NCBI RefSeq assembly: GCF_964204645.1
Contig: NC_134025.1
Location: 23,788,299 to 23,852,298 of the forward strand
Direction of reading: 5' to 3'
Source of the DNA: Tubulanus polymorphus
Lineage: Eukaryota; Animalia; Nemertea
DNA length: 64,000 bases
Positions 12,301-21,811 of this stretch are shown here, one piece after another (within the stretch, counting starts at the first letter, position 1; every line of letters begins with the position of its first letter). The notes below the pieces were generated by a model, which saw only the letters and a list, made by a program, of their open reading frames with translations, had not been told where the DNA came from and did no database searches. Both the position numbers and the translations under genes were made by a program.

Positions 12301-14929
12301 GTGATAAACAACCATCTGCCGTTAGAGATTCCAGTGAAATGAACGATCAGACATCAGCATCCAAGGGAAGCGGGAGTTTTCCCAGAACTCCGGGAGATGG
12401 CCAGGATTCAAAAGGGACTATTCTTTATAAAGAATCGTTTGTGAAAAATCTCAATACAGAGTTTAAAAAAGGTCCTGTCCATAAGAAATCTACAGTGTCT
12501 AATCCGCAGACAATCAAATCAACTATAAGTCGCATTGAAGAAAAAACTCAAAACGTACTTTTAAATTCACAGTCAAATGAAAGAAAGACTGATCTGGGTG
12601 CGAAATCCGTGGTTAGTTCGGAAAAACCTCATAGTTCTCTTAACCAAATGTCTCTAGTGTCCGAAAGACGGAAAGCTAGAACTAGAAGTACAGGGTCTGT
12701 GTCAAGCAGTCGACCAACTTCTAGTAAATCATCACTGAGTAGGTCAGCTAGTGTTAAAACAAACACAGTCGTACCACGACAAACTTTAGTTTCTAGGCAG
12801 AGCAACGTGAATATGCCTCAGAAAACACTTGGCAGACATCCATCTAATAATTCGTTATTAAGTGAATCCGAGACATCCGGTTTTGCTGATCAGGATTACA
12901 GTCACTCGTCTCGGTCATCGAAAGTAAGGAATACGCAAAACTTGAACCGGTTTGCCGATTACAGCCCGGAGCATTCGGTGAAAAGTTTCTCCGGATCAAA
13001 TCGTGTACCGCAAAGCGCGCGTGAGCCGAAATCCTACACGTCGTTCTCAAATCCAGCTCCATTGTCTGCGCGAGATCCGCCTTCGAATGCCGCGCGCAAG
13101 ATAAGCAAGACGGGTCATTCGCAGGAAGAAATATTACAGGCGAAACAGGCTCTGTTGATGTATGCCGCTGAGCCGGTCACACCGCGATCGTCGAGTCGAA
13201 TTCTAGCTATCTCTCCGCAAAAAAGTGCAAGTCGTAGTAACGGTGAAAATACTCCTCACAATCAGTCAATGTATCAACTGCGTATGACGCCCGATTCTGA
13301 AGCAGCAACTACACCTCATAATATGACATTTTCAACTCCTCAGATTGCGAAATATCCGAATAAGTCGGGAGAGAAAGGGCAGGAATTGGACATTAATCGA
13401 AACGTCGAGTTGCAAAGAATACGGCCATCTCTTCACGATGTTGTGCGTACGTGTGATCTGTTTACGGTCGAAGTTACGAAAGGAAACTGTTCGAAATTTG
13501 GTATGAAATTGTTCGAATCCGTGTTTATCGATGCCGGTGCATCTCCGAAACGCCAGTCGCTGAGATCGCCGAAGGGGAAACGTCCGATGATTGGCCAGAA
13601 TAATAGCGCTTTCAAGCGTGTTCGCACGAGCAGTGAAAGCGAAGTTAAGTCGATCATATCGATCGATTCAATTGAGGAAAATAGCGCAGCGCAACGCAAT
13701 GGACATTTACAAGAGGGGGATCATATAATCGAGATCGACGATAAATTTGTTCTCGAAGCTCACGTCGCAACAGCTCAAGCATACATTCAGAGAGCCGGAG
13801 ATGTACTGAAATTAGTGGTGGCGCGTATCAAGGGTGGAACATCTACGTCTAATTCTATATTGGAGGTAAGATTTTACATCCATTTATTCTGTTATTTAAA
13901 GATATTTTCCATTACATCACTTAATTTCAGGAAAAATAATCGTTCTTGGTTGTTTGGGATAAGAATCAGGTTTCCTTCTTTATTGGTCATTAACCTGATA
14001 TGAAATGTTTGAACTTAGGGGTATTCCAGGGTGCCTCAGTGTAATTGTGTGTCTTTCCAAAATTGAAGTTCTTTTCAAACTTCTTTTTTTGATATATACA
14101 CATATCGTGAATAGAAGTACTAGTGAAATATATGGAAATTCGCCCCAACCTATTACATATATGTGTGCACTCTCAATATTGTGATTGAATGAATGAATGA
14201 AAATGAATTTACTCAGGCAATGAGCTTTGTATGATGAAATATATATATAAATTCTAAGTGTAAACACACGCAGTACAATTATCTCTGCAGCAAATAAAGT
14301 GCAGTTTTTCCAATCATATGAGAAGTATAGAATCATTCTATAAAATGAATTGGCATACATAGACCTGTTTATACAGTTCCCGGTCTTGTTTAGTTGCGTA
14401 GCTCTATGAAGCGACAATTAATGGTTGAGTGTATGTAAATCACACAATCACAATGATTCATACAACGCTATTTCCATAACAAGGGTTTCATAAAATATTC
14501 CTGTATATTTCATTAACCCTTAATTGATGCACAACTGGTATTTTTCATGATTTGAAAATCTGATTATGGAGGTATTTGATTCGTCATGGCCATTATACAT
14601 GCCTACAATCACTCCTCATCAAGAAATAAAGAATGATAAGATACCCTTTACATAACTGATAAAAATGTATTCATAACTGTATTCATAAACATCATTTTTT
14701 TTTTCAGGGATCGAATCTGTCTGAACAATCATTTGATATCAGGGAAGAGAAAGATATGTTAAAACTGAAATACCAGAGTCTTATGTTAGAATCTCAACAG
14801 AAGGACAAACTTATTGAAGAACTACGCAGTATTATCGTGAAACGAGCTCAGGTTCGCCAAATCAAAGATGGAATGAAACCTTACAAACTGAACATCGATG
14901 ATCTGGAAGAAGAATGTTCTGCTGTGTAA
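3229..14929 (+). CDS. Multi-exon gene: SAM + tandem Ras-association (Rau-like) + PDZ + coiled-coil scaffold protein
   Basis: Phase-consistent GT-AG exons 3229-3343, 3455-3505, 3827-4542, 6838-7015, 7213-7294, 7372-7435, 7736-7868, 9205-9308, 9782-9865, 10359-13865, 14708-14929 (TAA). Domains recognised from translated motifs. The start codon is uncertain. Confidence 0.8.
3455..3505 (+). CDS. SAM-RA-RA-PDZ gene exon, SAM domain middle
   Basis: YGIDGKTLLSIDREFL is the SAM 'IDG..LL.L' motif. Flanked by TTAG and GTAAT, phase-compatible. Confidence 0.8.
   Translation, partial: AMALMGKLCFQLIENS
3827..4542 (+). CDS. SAM-RA-RA-PDZ gene exon, SAM C-terminal helix and acidic linker
   Basis: RGIYERDLQTKILSAIYEV then a low-complexity D/E/N/S linker (ORF 3853-4554). 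Donor GAA|GTAAGT is phase 0 and joins 6838 in frame. Confidence 0.8.
6838..7015 (+). CDS. SAM-RA-RA-PDZ gene exon, first RA domain
   Basis: GSIQVDGSILSSDLHTRTFVISNKTTAKELISLVLTKYNMASRDPNLFYLTME fits the RA fold; RDP.LFYLTM resembles Rau-family proteins as I recall them. Confidence 0.8.
7213..7868 (+). CDS. SAM-RA-RA-PDZ gene exons 7213-7294, 7372-7435, 7736-7868 (end of RA1, RA2)
   Basis: Spliced translation EKPIQSVVTIGEMSCPLDIQLNNNKDTK-FCIQMKSGGLVKVYDSCLTPG-SFYKSMFISKKTTSRELIKLLLHYYKSREYVDDFVLMET. All junctions GT-AG and in phase. Confidence 0.8.
9205..9865 (+). CDS. SAM-RA-RA-PDZ gene exons 9205-9308 and 9782-9865
   Basis: ELRRLSESECPLITQQRW...FQLKR is the RA C-terminal 'R.L...E.PL....W...F.L' motif; the next exon reads VQRSRSFGGVSEHGREHLQAALKRSAQR. 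Consensus splice sites. Confidence 0.75.
10359..13865 (+). CDS. SAM-RA-RA-PDZ gene giant exon: S/K/E-rich disordered region and PDZ domain
   Basis: 3.5-kb open frame. PDZ motifs FTVEVTKG...KFGMKL ... ISIDSIEENSAAQRNGHLQEGDHIIEIDD...AQAYIQRAGDVLKLVVAR. Acceptor CTTCAG at 10358, donor GAG|GTAAGA. Confidence 0.9.
14708..14929 (+). CDS. SAM-RA-RA-PDZ gene last coding exon (coiled coil, C-terminus EEECSAV)
   Basis: TTTTCAG acceptor, phase 0. GSNLSEQSFDIREEKDMLKLKYQSLMLESQQKDKLIEELRSIIVKRAQV...DDLEEECSAV*, with AATAAA signals downstream. Confidence 0.8.
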   Translation, partial: GSNLSEQSFDIREEKDMLKLKYQSLMLESQQKDKLIEELRSIIVKRAQVRQIKDGMKPYKLNIDDLEEECSAV

Positions 14930-16053
14930 CTTTCCCGATTATAGAAATTACATTGCATCTACATTCTTGAAATTTTGGAAAATAAATGCCTTCAAATTCG
15001 TTAGACTTTCCAATCTATCCAGAAACCAATAGGCCTATGTATCCAAAATATTCCATATCATTAATTTCCTAGTTTCCAAACATTGATATAGGTTTTAAAC
15101 TCTGAAATTAATTAGAATATGTGTGTATCTAGATGTGTGTACTGTTAGGGTAGTCCAACACCAAAAATCCCTGTTTATCCATCCATTTCAGAGGTATAAT
15201 TTTTTGTAACCATACATGTACAATCAGTATTGTAACTGTATCCTCATACATTTTGGTGAAATAGGCATTGCATTGAATTTTTTGTAAGCATTTAAGTAAC
15301 ACACGATGAAAATAGTTTGTTAATGCTTTTGTATTGAACATTATGTTCATTTTAGTGAAAGGTGTGGACTATGCATTAAATTTGCATTTTGATATTTTGT
15401 TAATATCAAGGAAATTATTGTATACACTATGTAGCAAAGGATTGTTTATAAAGTTGCATGCCCTGTTCATTAGGCTTATTGGTATGTAAATGAACAGCTC
15501 AAGTAGTTGTCCGAGTATTGCTTTAAGTATGCCTCCAGAAATAAAAATTCCTTCTAAATTGCAAACTATATTTTGTCAAACAACTACAAACTTGTAGAAA
15601 CATCGTGTACATAAAAAAGAATTGATATGCCAAAAAATGAAATTATGAATTGCAGTGAATGCAGATAAAATATTAACATTTTGTAGGCTACTATTCAATA
15701 TTTATTATTTCAAGCAACCGTCCTGAGAAGTCTTTCATGTTAAAGTTTGTATCCTATTTTTAGAATTGACTTTTTAAGGTATTCTCGTTTACGTCTATTT
15801 ATTAAAGAATCGTTATATATTTAAATTCTTGATTTTTACAAAAGAAATTCCAACTGTGATTATTTTGTTTCCTGTGAAGATTTCAACTACTAGTTATTAG
15901 AATAGAATACACCAATATATGCTTTAGGTTAGGCTGTACATTTATTTATTGTATCAGAAATTTTATAGAAATGAAATTAATAAAAAATTGTTATAATCGC
16001 GATTCAAGGGTTTTTATCAGTATTTTTCTGATAAGAGGACAGTTATATACATT

Positions 16054-16474
16054 TTAGCCTGTAGCCGTAGGAGGGAGTTTTATTTTCATGGGTCCTATGC
16101 AAACATAACAGTCTCTATTAGCTAGCTCTGCAGAGAAGTACTTCTCGGCGCATTCCTCTGCTTTCTTCCCAACCAGGAGAATATCGGTATGGAACTCCAT
16201 CTGGTCGCAGTTCAAAGAACAGTTATCACAATTGGACTTTTCAACATGTTTGACGACAATTTTCTCTGCATCGTCATCAGGGATGACAGTTACTTCGTAG
16301 AATGATAAATTGTCATTGCAGCATTCATGGAAATTGTGGCTCGGCGTTGAGTGAGGTGTTCCTATTAATCCGAATTGTTCTCTATTCTCTGTAATTAATC
16401 GTCCTTGGAACCATGGCAATGACGAGTTTTTATCTTCGACAAAGCACAAGTGTGCAATTCCTTCAACCGCAGAC
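16054..16474 (-). CDS. Terminal coding exon of an unidentified Cys-rich protein
   Basis: ~140-codon open frame starting at a TTTTTGCAG acceptor (SAVEGIAHLCFVEDK...CDNC...CYVCIGPMKIKLPPTATG*). Globular-looking composition and - strand AATAAA near 15945. The upstream exon was not resolved. Confidence 0.6.
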
Positions 16475-16916
16475 CTGCAAAAATTATATATTTGATGATA
16501 AAAGATGATTTTACTATAAACAATTTATTCAAAAGTGGTGTTCTGTACCAATTAAGTAATACAACAATGTAAACTCAAATATATTCTCCAGGGCCCAGTT
16601 TCACAAAAGATAACTTTAAATCGATTTAATTTCTTTGTTAATTCAGTTTAGATTAGTTTTCAGTTTATCGATCATGTGTCGATTTCAGATAAATTGTAAA
16701 CTAACGAGTACAGAAACCGATTGCCCGGGTTGTTAAGCTACACTTAATGAGTCAATTGACTCTCAATGTATGTATCGAATATAAACATATTTTGAGGTCA
16801 AAAAGAGATTAACTACATGGTAAGGTTAATGTAATTGGGTTGTTTGTAAGCTGGTGAATTAGACAAGAAAAATAAACAATAGCACATGTCCATAGAGAGG
16901 CGTTGGACCGTAACGT

Positions 16917-16927
16917 GCTGCCATCTT
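16917..16927 (-). promoter_or_regulatory. YY1-like motif (AAGATGGCAGC) in a CpG-containing patch, candidate promoter of the - strand gene
   Basis: Close to the YY1 consensus AANATGGCGGC, ~450 bp upstream of the 16474 exon. Confidence 0.3.
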
Positions 16928-19117
16928 GTCGTGGCGTTAGACTGGTCGCCTGTTCAATTCTGCGCCACCTGCATTCGCAGTCGAGCTCAGACCACTATTC
17001 CAAAATCTTCTATATCCTATAGTAAAAACAAGAAATTCGAGAGGAGGGGTCCCAGTACAGGAATGCCAGTACATCCGAGCCCAATATCTAAGGGAATCCC
17101 CCACCGTGTTTGGTACCCTTACTCCAAGCAAAAAAGTCCAGGGAATCCCTTATTTCATCATCAATCTGTCTCTCAGGATCAATGGATTTCATACATATAA
17201 CCGAGGCTCCCCCTTCCTTCTCCATTCAGATTAGATATTTTTTGAAATTTACATTTTTATAATGGACACTAACGTTTTGTAAAATTTGGTGGTTGTTTAT
17301 TTCATGTATGTTTAGATATTTCAGTCACAGATTTATTTGGAATTTCAACCTGAATTGAGACAATGAATTCTGAGATATTTTCACCATCTGTAGAACTCTG
17401 TTTACAGTGGAAGATCGTTTTAACAATTTATCAGTTATTACAAAACTAGAATTTCATTCCAGATAAGACAATATCAATTATTTCCATACTTGATATAACT
17501 AATTATAACTAACAGATTTTCTGGTGCCCTGAAGTTCGTTGCAACGAAGTTCCGCTGTATAATTTTCTAAATTCAAAGAATGTTTTACAGACTTTTCGAC
17601 ATCAATAATTAACCACCAAGAAATACTTTCTTTTTATTATTTCAGGTGGCTGGAAAGAAAGGCGAGAGTCATTGATGCGAGGGTCAATATCGAACGTACA
17701 TTATTTCACCAAGAAACAAAGATTAGGAACTTGGGATTCACCAGAGAATTTTGACCACATTACAACAGCGAGCGTATGAATTTGTACGAGGCAAATTGAA
17801 AATTACAACTTTCATTGCATTGTGATTAATAAACTCAATATTATTATTATCATTTACTGAATGGTTTTTCTTTTGAGTTTATTGTTCTTCTATCAGAGGA
17901 CCGGCATCAATGATGACATGATTTTTGTAGGCTTAAGCAAAATTTAACACTTAATGCGGAATAAAGTGGCAGGTGGCAGTTTTTCACTTAGTGAATTGCA
18001 TCAATGCCTAATCATGACTTGTCTGACGTATCACAACTAGTATCCTCATGGACAGACTGACCCGCGCATGATTTGATACCGCCATATACTCTTTGACCAA
18101 AATCAAAAATGGGATAAGAGTAATTTTGAACAAGAAACGAAATTCTAATTTGGACTTTCCTAAATTTACATGATGATGTACCATTTAATCCAGTATCAAA
18201 ATTAAAGAAAACAATTTGGTTTTTTTTCAAATTATGAGTGGTAAGCATGAAGTTTTTGGCAAAATTTCAGAGTATCGGTGCTCCAAATAATTAAAAAAGC
18301 CTAATATATCTCCCCTCAATTGAAATAAGGAGTTTTTTTTAATGAAAATCTGTCTATTGACGGGATTCTGTGATTAATGATGATTAATCGTGAATACATG
18401 GTATTAGTGGGTTTTCCCCCAATGACTCAAATAGACCGCTTTCCTCGTGCATGGTGTGGGTCAGTTATTTCGGGGTACATGAACTGTCCGTTACGTAGTG
18501 ACTAATAATCTAATTTCATTAGTAAATGTTTACGCGGATTCTATGATATGAAGACCTGTGTTGGTGTGAATCTTTAACTGAAGTGCTATCGGTCGGTATA
18601 ATTTATAAATTATTCTAGAATTTAAGAAAAAAACAGGCGGCGGCTTATAAATTCGGAAGTAGCTGTTGGGAATCAAGTAATTTATTTCATGGTCTTATTA
18701 AAGTTCCTCCACTATATTGTTCAGCAGACTACTGGCGCGTATTCAACCCGGCGGTGGAACCTTTCATAATGTAAATCCATTCAACAATAGAGACACAATT
18801 GCGGTTTTTCAGAGTTGTTGATATCATTTATACGCGCTATCGTATACGTCGCAGGCTGACCACGGTGTACACAAGCATAGACCATTCACCTCAGCTTACT
18901 CACACTGTGAACATGCTACCGTGGATTCTCCTCCTGGCGATCTTCGCTGCGCTCCCGCTCCTGCTTCCTGAGGAACGACGTCTTTATGTTTTATGTGTTA
19001 CTGTTCGTCTCCGTGCTGTCCTGTACTGTTCCGTGTTAATTAATCCGTTCTATTTTTCAGGATTTAACCCGTTTTATTTTTCAGGGCCGATTTCTCCGTC
19101 GAATTTCAACGTTTGCT

Positions 19118-19796
19118 GGAACAAAACTAATGTCCGAAAGCATCGGCTCTCCTTCGCCGGTCATGTGTCGAGGATGTCAGACAAAGAGTCGGTCAGGAAA
19201 TGGCTGCCCTCTACATGCCCTCATACGGAACACGAAAACCAGGATGACGAGGCCTCACTCTCCCCACGTATCAACAGAGTGTGCTTGGTGACGTCAATGA
19301 CGGGCAAGTCAGTCGGATTGCACGGGTTAAAAGTGGAGTGGTAAAGCTGGACTGTCTACTAGTATTCATTGATTCCTTTTCAGGAATTGCTTCGGACAAA
19401 GATTTAGTCTTGTCTTCCTTTGCGTTCTAGCATTCATTGATTCCTTTTAAGGGATTGCTTCGGACAGGGATTAATTTCCCTGTCTTCCTTTGAGTGTTAG
19501 TATTCATTGATTCCGCGTGGGTTGCTTCGGGCAGGGCTTCTTGAGTGCTAGTGCGGGCAATCCAGTTGCACTGCCCTATTTTTGGCTTGGGCAATTTGAT
19601 TGGTTTGTCAGTTACTGACGTCACCCGGCACACCCTGTCGGTAAATGGTGAAAGTAAGGCGTGGTCATCTTGGTTTTCGCGTTCTGTGTGAGGGCGTGTA
19701 GAGGGCAGTATATTCCTGGCTGGCTCTTTGTCTGGTGTTCTCGGCATGTGACCGGCGACGGAGAGCTGAAAAGCTTTCAGACATTAGTTTTGTTCC
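19118..19796 (+). ncRNA. Candidate long hairpin RNA: inverted repeat of an RTE-like LINE fragment
   Basis: Arms ~19118-19363 and ~19547-19796 align in reverse complement. Arm 1 encodes RKHRLSFAGHVSRM, like the post-RT region of RTE-clade LINEs. Most transitions between arms give G:U pairs on the + strand. Confidence 0.55.
19359..19550. repeat. Three diverged ~68-70 bp tandem units in the hairpin loop
   Basis: (T/C)ATTCATTGATTCC...TTGCTTCGG recurs at 19363, 19431 and 19501. Confidence 0.85.
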
Positions 19797-20334
19797 GTAC
19801 CAGGTTTTCATCGCTCTTCTCTTTTTTTTCATTTCAGGACTCCCAAGATGAAGAAGATGCTGAAGGCGACTACAACGAAGACGATGCCAAAAAAGAACAC
19901 TGAACGCAGCAATATTGAAAGTTAAGTTGATACACATGTAAATTACGATGCGTGATACAGAAAGGATTGTGTAACTACAGAAAATCGTTCTTTTACTCAT
20001 TTCAGGTTAATCCGGAAAGGCCCATCTAAAATCTGCCCACCAAAAGTGCCCACAAAAGACTCCACCTTGAAGTACCACCAAACACCGAAAGACCTGCCGC
20101 AACCGAACCTGGCAGTCTTGACCTCATTCTGCATGGCAACAGGAATACATACATACATAAAGCTAAGTTGATTTTTCATATCTGGGGTAGAATGGATAGG
20201 CGCTGGTCAAGCTCACCATCTCCGCACTACTTTATTGAAGCTCTGTGGCCGGTAGTAAATTGAAATATAGCTAGGCAATGATTGCTTGAATATTTACAAT
20301 ATTAGACGAAATGATTGAGTGAGGTCCCTTAAAT

Positions 20335-21040
20335 ATTCTTTGGTCTGATAGTTAAAATGTAGATTGGTCAGTTATTGATTAAAAGATTTTGTAAGTACGT
20401 ACAATTAAGGTAAATTCAATATCGATCTTATGTGACATTTCTAAATTATTCGAATGTACCGTAGATATTTCAGGCCTCATATGACTATTGTTTAACTGAC
20501 AATCAAGATATAGATTGGATAATTTACTAATTAGCAATCATTCAATATCTTGTAATGTTTGATGAGACATTCTTTTGGTGTAGATATTTCAAGGCCCCAT
20601 ATACATTTAGGCCAGCTTTACTTAAAGATATATCAATTAAACTTTATCATCGGTTGATAGATTTTTCTTTACAAATAATATATTGATAAATTTATAAAGA
20701 TTGAGGCCATACTTTACAGTATATACTGTGTGCTGCCTCACACATAACAGTAATGAATTTCATAAGATAGTGTCTAGGGCTCTATCGAGGTCTGGTGTTA
20801 TATGGGGAAAACTATGGACTACGGGTCTTTATGAAACAGTGATTTGGTCTCAACACTTTGATAAATCCAGAATAAACCAAAGCTTTAATTGATTTAGTTC
20901 ATTCCTGAAACACTGCGTCTTGTTTTGGACAACGCATGATAATTGTTGTTTGACTGATAATTAGCATACAGCCAGGAAAAATTGCTTAGATATTCACAAT
21001 TAAGATGAATTCAATATTTGATGTTGGATCAAAAACTTTT
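20335..21040. repeat. Segment duplicated at ~29360-30100 (direct, diverged)
   Basis: Shared blocks such as GTACAATTAAGGTAAATTCAATATC, CGAATGTACCGTAGATATTTCAGGCCTCATATGAC and ATAGTGTCTAGGGCTCTATCGAG.TCTGGTGT.ATATGGGGAAAACTATGGAC. Confidence 0.9.
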
Positions 21041-21811
21041 TATATCATAAATATTTATTGAAATATAGCTGAAATATATAATATATTTGAGCACATCTAT
21101 AAGTGAATCAGTCTCATTGACTGATTAGTTCTGTATAGCCAACTGCCGCGCTTACGACGACTAGCCATGCTTTTCATTATTGGAAAAATTTACTCAAACC
21201 TAACTAATTCAATTTATATCTAAAAGCCATACTGTGTGTCAAGTGACGGATATTAGATATAGTTTAACTGAAAATTAGAATCTAAGATGAATTACTCATT
21301 AACGTATTACTTAGATCGATTAAGGTTAATTCAATTGTTATGTGAAATTATTTCTAATTCCATGGACATTTAAAATGTAGCTGATACATGTGTATCTGAG
21401 CACATTTAGTTATCTGTATCTAAGTGAACCTATGGTGTCTTCATACAGCTGTATTAGTTTTGATACATATTGCCAAAATCATTTAACGCAGATTTACTTC
21501 CGATCAAATCTGTGCACAAATACATTCCTGGATTTGGAAGGGGGGAATATTTCAATTTCACTGTGTATGTCAGATTGAAAGCCTTATTCTGACAGGATAT
21601 CCTAAACTCAGGTCTTATTCCTCTTGCTAATAGCTCTCTTATACTAACCCCTCTTTCAAATTATTTTCTAGCATCATGACTCGCACCGCACCAGGGAGGT
21701 CCGGTCATAACAAGGTCTTTTGGTCCTTATACACAGTGTACTATATAAGGGAAATAAAGATTATATAGCCATTCGGCCAAGGGAATTTCTAATTTACCAC
21801 TAAAAGTATGC

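Noticed and set aside
10493-13699. Several - strand and alternate-frame ORFs of 60-115 aa within the giant exon
   Set aside because: Shadow ORFs of the + strand coding exon, with no independent motifs or splice signals.
19359-19550. Hammerhead ribozyme in the loop units (also CTGATGA at ~30188, ~30567, ~48278)
   Set aside because: No complete CUGANGA - stem II - GAAA core on either strand.
18799-19747. ORFs 18799-19344 (+) and 19427-19747 (-) as paralogous protein genes
   Set aside because: Their similarity comes from the inverted LINE fragment; no RT or endonuclease core is present.
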